Shown piece after piece: positions 35,175-45,200 of a stretch of 64,000 nt of DNA. The translations under genes were made by a program, and so were the position numbers. This DNA is from Acinetobacter phage Acba_11: the sequence record OQ101254.1. One strand, given 5' to 3'. Within the stretch, counting starts at the first letter, position 1, and each line of letters opens with the position of its first letter. The notes beneath the pieces are model-generated. The model was not told the DNA's origin. It worked only from the letters and a program-made list of their open reading frames with translations, and made no database searches.

Positions 35175-38100
35175 ATGGCTCAAGAAGCTCGCTTAGTAAT
35201 TGTTATTGATTCGGAACGTGCGAAACGCACTGCACAAGACTTATCAGTTGAATTGGATAGCATCACCAAAAAAGGGGATTTCGCCTCGAAATCTATGGAC
35301 CGGATGTCTGTAGCAACTCGTGCACTAGCAGGGTATATGGCTGGTTTATTAACAGTAGGTTCAGCCATTTCAAAGATGGATACATATACTGGACTACAAA
35401 ACCGCCTTAAGTTGGTCACTAATAATCAAGTTGAACTAAATAAAGCTACGGAAGACACTTTCCGAATTGCTCAAAAAACCTATTCAGCATGGGATTCTGT
35501 TCTACAGGTCTACCAGCGTTTTAGTGATAATGCCAAAACTTTAAACCTCACAATGGATGACACAGCACGTTTAACTGAAACAGTTTCTAAAGCTGTAGCA
35601 ATTAGTGGTGCAAGTGCAGAAGCTGCTGATGCAGCTTTAGTTCAGTTCGGGCAGGCCTTGGCTAGTGGAACGTTGCGTGGAGAAGAACTTAATTCTGTAA
35701 TGGAGCAAACCCCAGCACTAGCAAAGGCTATTGCTAAAGGTATGGGTATTACTGTAGGTGAATTACGTTCAGTAGCAGCTGAAGGAAAAATTACTTCACA
35801 AGAAATTGTAAAAGCGCTTAGAAATGTAGAATCTGATGTTGATGCTCTTTTTGCTAAAACAGATATCACAATCGAGCAGTCTCTCACACTCCTAAACAAC
35901 GAGATCACAAAATTTGTTGGCGAAGCAGGTAAGGGAAGTGGTGCGGCACAGGTATTAGCTGGATCAGTTCAAACTCTTGCAAGTAATTTAGATTTAATTG
36001 CTGATGGGGCTTTAGTAGTTGGTATTGGATATATCACTCGTGCAATTTTGATGAAGAGCGCTGCTATTAAAGAGGGAATGGCTTCAACTTTAGCGAGCCG
36101 CCAAGCATCTGTATTAAATGCTCAAGCAGAATATGCAGAAGCTACCGCTGCTTTGAATGCAGCAAAAGCTCATCTCGCGAATGTGCGAGCAACAAATGCA
36201 GAAACCCAAGCTAAATTTGGCGCAACAGCGGCAGCAACTCGATACGCACAAGCACAGGCAGCAGTAACTGCTGCTACAAATGCACAAACAGCAGCTCAAA
36301 TTAAGCTAAATACTGCAACTTCAATTGCAGGGAGACTAGCTAAAGGGGCGTTTGGATTAATTGGTGGGTGGGCTGGAGTTGCAACATTAGGAGTAATGGG
36401 ATTAGCGGCAGCCTATTCTTATTTTAATAATAAGGCAGAGGGGGCAAAGCAAAAGCTTGCTGAACAAGCTAAAGTTGCTGAGAAAGCTGATGAGGAGTTA
36501 AAAAAATTAACTGGCAATGATAAGGCTAAAGCAGTTAATGATTTAACTACTGCTTTTAATGCACAAAATAAAGCATTAGAGAAATCATCGCGTGCTGTAG
36601 GGTCTGCATTAATTGATATCGAGAACTATGCACGAGGAAATAGGGAGGTTGAAAAAATTTCCCAAGAAGCGAGAACTGGAACTATCAGCTATACAGAAGC
36701 CATTGAACGTCTAAATAAAATTAAGTTGCCTACAGATCTATATGAAAATCTGAAAAAACAGGCTGCGCAGTATGATGACAATGCATCTAAAGCAAGTTTA
36801 TCAGCTGAGAAACTTAAATTATTAAGAGTTGAAGTGAAACTTGGAGGTAATGAAGCACAAAATGCGGCAATTCAGCATCAAAAACAAGCGGATGCTTTAG
36901 GAAATACTGCTACTGAAGCAGAAAAGGCAACTAAGGCTTTGCAAGATTATCAAGCCAAGCAAAAAGATAGCGTTATTGATTCAATCTATAAATCAGGTTG
37001 GCTTGATAAAGGTTACACTGTTGCTCAAGCTAATGCCATTTTAGAACTGCAAAAAGCTAAAGGAATGAGTGCAATTTTGTCTAAAGATGAAATTGATAGC
37101 GCACTTAGAAATCTCAAGATCATCGAAGAACAACAGGAGCGAGAAGATAAATTAACTGAAGCTAAAAGAAAGCAAACCAAGGAAAGTGAGAAAAAACTTA
37201 AAATCACACAAGCTGAATTGGAAGTAGCCAAGCGATCTGCTGCTTTAATTGAATCGAGTGGTTTAGGTAAATATGCTGAAAGCAAAGGGATACCATCAAG
37301 TGTAATTGCAGGCTTATTGGCTCAAGAATCTAAAGGTATTCGAGAAGCTAAGAGTCATACTGGTGCAATAGGATATTTTCAAACAACCAGTGGTTATCGT
37401 AAACAGAACAATATGTCTGTTGCTGATAGTTATGACTTGGAAAAGTCGGGCAAAATTGTAATTGATAATATCGCCAAGGTTTATGAAAAAACAGGTGACT
37501 TGGCTCAGGCAATACTTTCCCATAATGCAGGTGAGGGTGGAGCAAGACAGTTTACTAAAACTGGCAAGGTTAAAGGCAGTGCAGAGCGAAATAAGGAGGT
37601 TTCGCAGTATGTAGCTAAGGTTTCAAGGTATTCCGATATCATTGCTGGTGGTGTTGGCAAAGGCGGTTTATCCGATGGTGATAGCGATAGAGCCTATGGA
37701 AAGCAAATCAAGGCACGTTTAGAGTTAGTTAAGCAAGGTCTAAACCTTCAAGAGCAATATGAGGAGGAGCAAGCGAAGCGAACCAAGGCTCGTAACGAAG
37801 AAATTAACCTTGCGCAACAAACGGGTCAAACAGCCTTAATCCCAAAAATTAATGAGCGTTATGATGCTGAAGATAAGTTAGCTCAAAAACAATTTGATTT
37901 TGAGGTAAATGGTTATAAGTGGACTGAAGAACAAAAGCTTGATTACACATATGAAACCAATTCATTACGTCTGGTTACTGAGGGGAAATTAACAGAAGAA
38001 CAGCGCAAAATTGCGATTGATTCGTTTAAGTTACAGCAGCAACAAGAATTAGGTTTACTAAAACTTGCTCAAGAGCAACGTCTTTTTCAGGCTAAACAAG

Positions 38101-39197
38101 CTCTACTGACAGAAACCCAAGCCATGCAGGAACGTTACAGACTCGAACGGGAGGAAATTCTTAAGAATACCAAGCTTTCTATAGAAGAGCGGCAAAAGCT
38201 AATCGCATTATCTAAAGCCAATCAGGATAAAGAGACACGCGATAAAGTGAATAATGCTGTTCAAAACTGGGGTGGTATTCAGGCGAGTATCACTGGTAAT
38301 AGTGGTCAATTCGCTTTAGAACAGGAGCGCTTTCGCCGTTATGATGCTTCTCAAAAAGTATTTGATAGCCAGCTTGCTGATATTGAAACTCAGGAACAAG
38401 ATCCAAATGCAAATATGGTAGCTCTAAATGCACAACGTGAACAAATCATGAAGGAGCACTTTGAGCGTTTGAAATTGATTGAATCTACTTATCAAAATGA
38501 TTCAATGAATCTCCAGTTGGGTTATGGAGCTAGTGTCACAGGGGCATTGGCTGGCATGTTTAAAAATATGCTTGGTGAGTCATCAAGTGCTTATCACGTT
38601 CTTTATGAAAGTCAACGTGCATTCGCATTGGCGCAGGCTGGAATGAACATGTGGAAAGCTGCTTCAGATGCTTACGCAAATGAGCCAGGTACTTGGTACC
38701 AAAAAGCGGCAGCAGCAGCGATCGCGACAATTAAATCAGGTACATTTGTATCTCTCATCCAAGCTGCAACCCCGCAAGGATTTGCGGATGGTGGTTATAC
38801 AGGTAACGGCCTAAAACACACTCCAGCAGGGATTGTGCATAAAGGCGAAGTCGTATGGTCGCAAGAAGATATCAAACGCTGGGGTGGTGTTAGCGTTGTT
38901 GAAAGTATGCGTCAAAGCAATCCAAGTGGTTATGCGAACGGAGGTTACGTTTCTAATAATCAGTCTGATGCTATTGCAATACGTAGAGAGTCTAGACAGT
39001 TTGAGGCAATCAACTCTAATCAATCTCAATTGAATACGAACGAAAAGCCAATAAATGTGTATGTCACTGTTAATGCCGATGGCACAAGTAAAACAGAGAC
39101 AGAAAACGACTCAAAACAATTGGGCCAAATGATTGGTAATGCAGTAAGAACTATTATTCGCCAGGAACAAAGACAAGGTGGTTTGTTATCTAAGTAA
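35175..39197 (+). CDS. tape measure protein with internal lytic transglycosylase (SLT) domain
   Basis: 1341 aa, coiled-coil rich. LLAQESKGIREAKSHTGAIGYFQ matches the SLT family-1 E-S...GA.G.MQ motif. Start refined to ATG 35175 (the track start lies inside the terminator hairpin). Confidence 0.85.
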   Translation: MAQEARLVIVIDSERAKRTAQDLSVELDSITKKGDFASKSMDRMSVATRALAGYMAGLLTVGSAISKMDTYTGLQNRLKLVTNNQVELNKATEDTFRIAQKTYSAWDSVLQVYQRFSDNAKTLNLTMDDTARLTETVSKAVAISGASAEAADAALVQFGQALASGTLRGEELNSVMEQTPALAKAIAKGMGITVGELRSVAAEGKITSQEIVKALRNVESDVDALFAKTDITIEQSLTLLNNEITKFVGEAGKGSGAAQVLAGSVQTLASNLDLIADGALVVGIGYITRAILMKSAAIKEGMASTLASRQASVLNAQAEYAEATAALNAAKAHLANVRATNAETQAKFGATAAATRYAQAQAAVTAATNAQTAAQIKLNTATSIAGRLAKGAFGLIGGWAGVATLGVMGLAAAYSYFNNKAEGAKQKLAEQAKVAEKADEELKKLTGNDKAKAVNDLTTAFNAQNKALEKSSRAVGSALIDIENYARGNREVEKISQEARTGTISYTEAIERLNKIKLPTDLYENLKKQAAQYDDNASKASLSAEKLKLLRVEVKLGGNEAQNAAIQHQKQADALGNTATEAEKATKALQDYQAKQKDSVIDSIYKSGWLDKGYTVAQANAILELQKAKGMSAILSKDEIDSALRNLKIIEEQQEREDKLTEAKRKQTKESEKKLKITQAELEVAKRSAALIESSGLGKYAESKGIPSSVIAGLLAQESKGIREAKSHTGAIGYFQTTSGYRKQNNMSVADSYDLEKSGKIVIDNIAKVYEKTGDLAQAILSHNAGEGGARQFTKTGKVKGSAERNKEVSQYVAKVSRYSDIIAGGVGKGGLSDGDSDRAYGKQIKARLELVKQGLNLQEQYEEEQAKRTKARNEEINLAQQTGQTALIPKINERYDAEDKLAQKQFDFEVNGYKWTEEQKLDYTYETNSLRLVTEGKLTEEQRKIAIDSFKLQQQQELGLLKLAQEQRLFQAKQALLTETQAMQERYRLEREEILKNTKLSIEERQKLIALSKANQDKETRDKVNNAVQNWGGIQASITGNSGQFALEQERFRRYDASQKVFDSQLADIETQEQDPNANMVALNAQREQIMKEHFERLKLIESTYQNDSMNLQLGYGASVTGALAGMFKNMLGESSSAYHVLYESQRAFALAQAGMNMWKAASDAYANEPGTWYQKAAAAAIATIKSGTFVSLIQAATPQGFADGGYTGNGLKHTPAGIVHKGEVVWSQEDIKRWGGVSVVESMRQSNPSGYANGGYVSNNQSDAIAIRRESRQFEAINSNQSQLNTNEKPINVYVTVNADGTSKTETENDSKQLGQMIGNAVRTIIRQEQRQGGLLSK

Positions 39198-39277
39198 CGC
39201 CTGAACTGTTTCCACTTTTCCGTTAATTGGGGTATAGTTTAATTAATATGGTCATACTTTAGTTATGGTCCTTAAAA

Positions 39278-39303
39278 GCTCGCTTATTGCGGGCTTTTTT
39301 TGT
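39278..39303 (+). terminator. rho-independent terminator
   Basis: AGCTCGC ttatt GCGGGCT followed by T7 then GTGAGAAAT. Confidence 0.55.
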
Positions 39304-39314
39304 GAGAAATAATC

Positions 39315-39656
39315 ATGAGTGACTTAAAATTTACCTTTGAGTGTGATCTTGAAGGTAATAATCAAACCCAACGTTTTAATACGTTATCAACAAAATTTGG
39401 TGACGGATATGAACAAAATACTTCAATTGGTATAAACAATCGATCTGGTGAATGGACCTATCAGCGCACAGCTAAGAAAGCTGAAATTTTGGAAATTAAA
39501 GCATTCTTTGATAAGCACAAGGGTGCTAATTCTTTTCTATGGGATTCGCCGTTAGATGGTGAAGTGCGCGTTAAAGCAGGGGATTATCAACCTGTTTGCT
39601 TGGGTGGAGATACGTGGCGCATTACAACCACATTTACTCAAGTTTTCTATCCATAA
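39315..39656 (+). CDS. minor tail protein, lambda gpM homologue
   Basis: KFGDGYEQ and SFLWDSP match lambda M RFGDGYSQ and SFLWTPP; 113 aa versus 109. Confidence 0.7.
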   Translation: MSDLKFTFECDLEGNNQTQRFNTLSTKFGDGYEQNTSIGINNRSGEWTYQRTAKKAEILEIKAFFDKHKGANSFLWDSPLDGEVRVKAGDYQPVCLGGDTWRITTTFTQVFYP

Positions 39657-39666
39657 TTTTTTCTCA

Positions 39667-39689
39667 ACGGCTCCTTAAGGAGCTTTTTT
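39667..39689 (+). terminator. rho-independent terminator
   Basis: GCTCC ttaa GGAGC followed by T6. Confidence 0.55.
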
Positions 39690-39710
39690 ATTGCTTATTG
39701 GAGCAGAAAC

Positions 39711-40061
39711 ATGGCTATTAAAACTTTAGATCTTGCTGAAGCATATATTGTCGGTGAATTACGCACTCAATTATTAGATGCACGTAGTTTCGGGAATAAT
39801 TTGCCTGCTGGCAGAATTGAAACTTTAGCGATTAATTATGATCGACCTTCTGATTCAGTGAATATTGCTGTTACACCAGGTGGTGGTTTAAACGGAAGTA
39901 TGACTTTACTTGATGCTGACATCACAAAGTGGGCAATTCAAACGATCTTAAACACAGCTTATCTCTATCAGGTAGATGTAAACACTTTAAGCCTTAAATA
40001 TGACTTGGCTGCTAAAAAAATTACTATTGAATATACTCCAGTTGTTTCAGGTCAAGCTTAA
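39711..40061 (+). CDS. hypothetical tail protein (no lambda counterpart between M and L)
   Basis: Track ORF. Confidence 0.5.
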   Translation: MAIKTLDLAEAYIVGELRTQLLDARSFGNNLPAGRIETLAINYDRPSDSVNIAVTPGGGLNGSMTLLDADITKWAIQTILNTAYLYQVDVNTLSLKYDLAAKKITIEYTPVVSGQA

Positions 40062-40070
40062 GGAGGTCTC

Positions 40071-40769
40071 ATGACTTTACAAAGTGACTTCCAGAAACTT
40101 GAACCAGGTGGATTAATTCACCTGTATGAATTAGATGCCAGCTCGTATGGAGTTGGCATTCTTCGATTTCATGGCCATCAGCAAATGGAAAGTATTTTTT
40201 GGCAGGGTCAGGAGTTTGAAGCTATTAGTCTGGATGTCTCTGGTTTAGAAATGAGATCAGATGGTAAGGCTTCGGCTCCCACATTAACAATCGCCAATAA
40301 CCTGAACGGAATACAAGGTGCAATTTCAGCTTACTGTCTCCAATGTAAAGATTTCGTTGGAGCTAAACTCAAAGTTATAACCACACTCACCAAGTATCTT
40401 GATGCCAAGAACTTTCCTGAAGGCAATCCAACAGCATCAAATGAATCAAAAGAGCAGATTTGGTATATCGAGCAGAAAACATCTGAAAATGCTCAACAAG
40501 TAACTTTTGAGCTTTCAAACCCGATTGATTTTGAGGGGTTGAGAATACCAGTTCGTCAAATTACTTCATTGTGCCATTGGTGCACGATGGGGAAATATCG
40601 TGGTGAAGAATGTGGTTATACCGGCGCTGCTATGTTTACAGAAAAGGATGAGCCAACTGATAACCCTGCATTAGATCGATGTGGAGGAAGGTTGCGCTCT
40701 TGCCGATTACGCTTTGGAGAAAACAAGCCCCTTCCTTTTGGAGGATTCCCAGCATCAAGCTTAGTTTGA
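40071..40769 (+). CDS. minor tail protein, lambda gpL homologue (Fe-S cysteine cluster)
   Basis: 232 aa, as lambda L. CHWCTMGKYRGEECGYTG...DRCGGRLRSCRLRFGENKPLPFGGF versus lambda CTWTYRGDECGYSG...DKCSKCLSGCKFRNNVGNFGGF. Confidence 0.8.
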   Translation: MTLQSDFQKLEPGGLIHLYELDASSYGVGILRFHGHQQMESIFWQGQEFEAISLDVSGLEMRSDGKASAPTLTIANNLNGIQGAISAYCLQCKDFVGAKLKVITTLTKYLDAKNFPEGNPTASNESKEQIWYIEQKTSENAQQVTFELSNPIDFEGLRIPVRQITSLCHWCTMGKYRGEECGYTGAAMFTEKDEPTDNPALDRCGGRLRSCRLRFGENKPLPFGGFPASSLV

Positions 40770-40775
40770 GGTCCT

Positions 40776-41531
40776 ATGAAACTAACAGCAAAAATCAAAA
40801 AAGCGGTAATGGCCCATGCTGATGAATGCTATCCGCATGAATGCTGTGGGGTCATTGTAGACAAGGAATATATCCCTTGTCGAAATGTAGCAAACAAATC
40901 AGATCAGTTTGAAATACATCCTGAAGACTTAGCTTTTGCAGAAGACCAGGGCGAGATATTAGCGTATGTGCATTCCCACCCTGACGGAACTACAAGAGCC
41001 TCAGAACTAGACTTAATTCAAATTGAGTTACATCAAAAGCCTTGGGTAATTTGTTCCTATCCGGATCTAGATTTTCAAATATATGAACCATGTGGTTATC
41101 GCGCCCCTTTAGTGGGGCGTAATTATTTTCACGGTTGGCAGGATTGCTACGCTCTTATACGCGATTTTTATAGTCGTGAATTAGGAGTCGAACTTATGGA
41201 TTTCGAGCGTAAAGATGCTTGGTGGGAAGATAAAGATCATCCATCACTTTATCTTGAGAATTATGAGAAAGCAGGCTTCTATGAAGTAGATACGCCGCAA
41301 TATGGCGATATGCTTGTTTGTCGTGTTGGGCGTACTGAACATCCCAATCATGCGGTTGTTTGGCTTGGGGATAATGGGCAGCTTAAATCGGAACAAACTG
41401 AGCAATGCATAGGTTCAAGTCTAATTCTTCATCATCCATATAATCGTAAATCTGTTCGTGAAATTTATGGCCAACAATGGCAAGAGCGAACAGTAAAGAT
41501 ATTGAGGCATCGAGATGTTAAAAACCATTAA
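40776..41531 (+). CDS. tail assembly protein, lambda gpK-like (JAB/MPN + NlpC/P60)
   Basis: JAMM motif ...HSHPDG...; gene order L-K-I. Confidence 0.7.
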   Translation: MKLTAKIKKAVMAHADECYPHECCGVIVDKEYIPCRNVANKSDQFEIHPEDLAFAEDQGEILAYVHSHPDGTTRASELDLIQIELHQKPWVICSYPDLDFQIYEPCGYRAPLVGRNYFHGWQDCYALIRDFYSRELGVELMDFERKDAWWEDKDHPSLYLENYEKAGFYEVDTPQYGDMLVCRVGRTEHPNHAVVWLGDNGQLKSEQTEQCIGSSLILHHPYNRKSVREIYGQQWQERTVKILRHRDVKNH

Positions 41532-42186
41532 ACTGTATGGAGTATTGGGACAAAAGTTTGGCCGTGAATTTAAACTTGATGTTTTAAATACACGTGAAGC
41601 TATGCGTGCAGTAGCAGTACAAGTTGAAGGTTTCGAGCAGTTCATGTTGAAAGCACATGAGCAGGGACTCCAGTTTGCTGTATTTCTTAAGAGTAAAAAT
41701 TCAAGCAAAAAGCGTGGAAAGAAAAGCCCATCAATTTATGACCATGAATCAAAACGACTGATTACTGGAGACAATATCAGTGAAGACCAGCTTGATATGA
41801 CTACACAAGCTGAAGTTATTCATGTTGTGCCTAGAGTAGTTGGAGCGGGCGGGGGTGGTGGCCTTCAAACAATTATCGGGGCTGTTATGGTAGTTGTAGG
41901 GGTGGTTGTAGGGGTGTTTGCTGGATGGACTGGTGTTGGTGCAGTTGTGGCACAAGGGTTAATCGGGTCGGGTATCGGCATGATGCTTGGTGGTGTGGCA
42001 ATGATGCTTATGCCAAAGGTCGATAATACTCAGGACCAAAACCAAGATGGTAATAGGGCAAACCAAGGATTCGGTGGAGCTGTAACTACGGTTGCCCAAG
42101 GGAACCCTGTTCCAGTTTTATCTGGCCAACGTGAAGTTGGTGGATTCATTGTGAGTGCTGGTCAGTATCCTGAAGACCAGATGTAG
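41515..42186 (+). CDS. tail assembly protein, lambda gpI-like
   Basis: 223 aa (lambda I is 223 aa); Gly-rich hydrophobic segment; gene order. Confidence 0.7.
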   Translation: MLKTIKLYGVLGQKFGREFKLDVLNTREAMRAVAVQVEGFEQFMLKAHEQGLQFAVFLKSKNSSKKRGKKSPSIYDHESKRLITGDNISEDQLDMTTQAEVIHVVPRVVGAGGGGGLQTIIGAVMVVVGVVVGVFAGWTGVGAVVAQGLIGSGIGMMLGGVAMMLMPKVDNTQDQNQDGNRANQGFGGAVTTVAQGNPVPVLSGQREVGGFIVSAGQYPEDQM

Positions 42187-42210
42187 AAAATTTGTTGTGA
42201 TGTTTTTTTA

Positions 42211-42233
42211 AGGCGCTTTAAGCGCCTTTTTTA
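42211..42233 (+). terminator. rho-independent terminator
   Basis: AGGCGCT tta AGCGCCT followed by T6 then ATTGCGCGAG. Confidence 0.6.
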
Positions 42234-42252
42234 TTGCGCGAGATTTAAACCT

Positions 42253-45200
42253 ATGGCGATTGTAAAAGGCGCGAAAAAGGGCAAAGGTGAGGCAAGAAAA
42301 CCTGTAGTTGCTCCAGATTCCGCACAATCTAAAACCTATATAAAAATCTTATATGGTTTAGGTGAAGGCGAAATTGAAGGATTAGCCAATGGCAATCAAT
42401 CAATATTTCTTGAAGGAACTCCACTACAAGATGCCAATGGGAATCTGAATTATTCAAACGTAAAACTAGATTTCCGTAAAGGAACTAATGATCAAGATTA
42501 CATTGAAGGTTTTCCTTCAGTAGAAAGTGAAACTGCTGTCGATGTCGAATTGAAGTCAGGTGCTCCATGGGTACGAGCTTTTAATAATATTGATCTTGAT
42601 GCCGTTCGTATTCGCTTAAAGTGGGGACCACTTCGCCAGCAGGACTCAAGCACTGGTGATGTTAGTGGTATAACAATTGAATATGCTATCGATATACAAA
42701 CTGACGGTGGTGCCTGGACAGAAGTATTAAAAACAAAAATATCCGATAAGACTTCTGCAAATTATGAACGAGCTCACCGTATTGATTTACCAAAGGCCGA
42801 TAGTGGTTGGTTAATCCGGGTACGTCGCATTACACCTAATTCAACCTCTGAGTTTGTAAGCGACAAAATGTATGTTGAGGCATTTACTGAAGTTGTTGAT
42901 GCAAAATTAAGATACCCAAATACGGCATTATTAGGTCTGCAATATGATGCCGAAACTTTTGGAAATGTGGCGAAATTAGCTGTAGATCTGAAAGGTCGAT
43001 TGCTTTTAGTACCAACCAATTACAACCCGCAAACGCGACAATATACTGGAATTTGGGATGGTACTTTTAAAAGAGCTTACACAAATAACCCGGCATGGAT
43101 TTACTACGACCTTTGTACAAATGATCGTTATGGTTTAGGAAATCGCTTAACCCCATTCATGATTGATAAATGGTCTTTGTACCGTTTAGCTCAATACTGC
43201 GATCAAAGCGTTTCCGACGGACTTGGCGGCCAAGAACCTAGATTTACATGTAATGTGTACATTCAAAATGCTGAAGATGCTTTCAGTATATTAATGAAAT
43301 TGGCTGGTGTCTTTCGAGCGATTGCCTTCTGGGATGGTACAAGCATTATATGTGATGCCGATATACCACAAGACACATATTTCACCTATACCCGTGCAAA
43401 TGTGGTTGGTGGTGTTTTCGAATACTCAGGAACACGTGCACGTGATCGGCATAATGTAGTTAAGGTTGCGTGGGATAATCCTGCAAATCACTATAAAACA
43501 GAATACGAATTTGTTCGCGATGAAAATGCTATTGCTGAGTCTGGCCAAGTACGCATTCTTGAATTAGATGCGTGGGGATGTACTTCTCGTGGCCAGGCTC
43601 AACGTGCAGGCCACTGGGCTTTAAAATCCGAGCAAAAGGAGACTCGTACAGTTTCGTTTAAAGTCGGTTTAGATGGGCATATTCCACTGCCAGGAAGAGT
43701 AATTGAAATTGCGGATGAACTGTTTGCAGGACGTGCTAATGGCGGACGTGTATCTAAAATTTCTGCTGATCTCAAAAGCATAACCATTGATCGAGATGAC
43801 GTTATTGCTAAAGCTGGTGATCGTCTGGTTATCAATGGCGAAAATGGCAAAGCACAAACGCGAATTGTTCAGTCGATCTCTGGTCGGGTTATCACAGTAA
43901 CACTTCCATTCGATGAGAATTCAATTGCTGTACAAAACGTATGGGTTCTTGATGCTCAAGATTTAGCGACAATGAAGTTCCGCGTAATTTCAATCTCGCA
44001 AGAAGAAAAACACCAATTTAGCATTACAGCGCTTCAGTACAACCCGCAAAAATTTGATGAAATTGATAACGGGGCATTCTTTGAAGATGCACCTATTTCA
44101 ATTATTAATCCTTCAATCCAGGAACCGGTTAAAGATGTTTTGATTACGACTGAAAGTCGTGTTGATCAGGGTATTAATATCACCACAATGATTGTGTCTT
44201 GGATGCAAGCGAAAGGTGCCGTTAAGTATCTGGTTGAGTGGCGAAAAGATGATGGATCGTGGATCCGGTTACCGCAAACAGGAAATAATTCAGTCGAGGT
44301 ACCTGGTGTTTATTCAGGTCAATATCAAGCTCGTGTTACCGCAATTTCTGCTTTTGAAATCGCATCTTTACCGGTTACATCTTCCTTAACTGAAATTACT
44401 GGAAAGCAGGGATTACCGCCGAAAATAGCTTTTATACGTGCCACAGGTATTTTGTTTGGAATGAAGCTTGATTGGGGATTCCCTCCAACAGGTGCAAAAG
44501 ATACAGCTTATACCGAAATTGAAGTTTCACCTGATGGCATCAACAATATTGCTCAATTAGGATTGTTTGCATATCCGACTACCACTACCACAATCCAAGG
44601 TTTACAACCTAATCTTAGACAGTTTTATCGCGGTCGATTAATTGACCGGATTGGCAATGTTGGTCCTTGGTCTGAATGGGTCAATGGTACGACCACAGCA
44701 GATCCGGAAGCGGTTCTTGATCTTATTTCTGGTCATATTAATGAGAGTGATCTTGCCCAAGAGCTTCAAGGTAAAATTGAAAATTCAGTCGATGTATCTG
44801 AAGCAGCCCAAGCTGCAGCAAATAATGCCCAAGCTGTTGCTAGTAGCGCCCAAACTGCAGCTAACAATGCCCAGGCTGTGGCCTCTGAAGCTAAGACGGC
44901 GGCCTCGAGTGCTCAATCGGCAGCAACCACTGCTCAAACACAAGCTTCTTCAGCCCAAAAAATAGCAAATGATGCGAGTGTTATAGCGACCAATGCTAAA
45001 AATACTGCTGATCAGGCAGCTGAAGATGCGTCTTCAGCAATAACGGCAGCAGCAGAAGCAAAAACTACTGCTACTAATGCGAATACGACCGCAACGAATG
45101 CACAAACAACCGCAAATAATGCTTCTTCGGCAGCATCAAAAGTTGCTTCAGATTTAACAACCTCAACAAATCAGTTGAATAAGAAAATCGCTGATGAAAC

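Noticed and set aside
36114-37545. Several antisense ORFs (61-86 aa) within the tape measure gene
   Set aside because: They are antisense to a long coiled-coil CDS and their translations are Cys/Ser-rich low-complexity.
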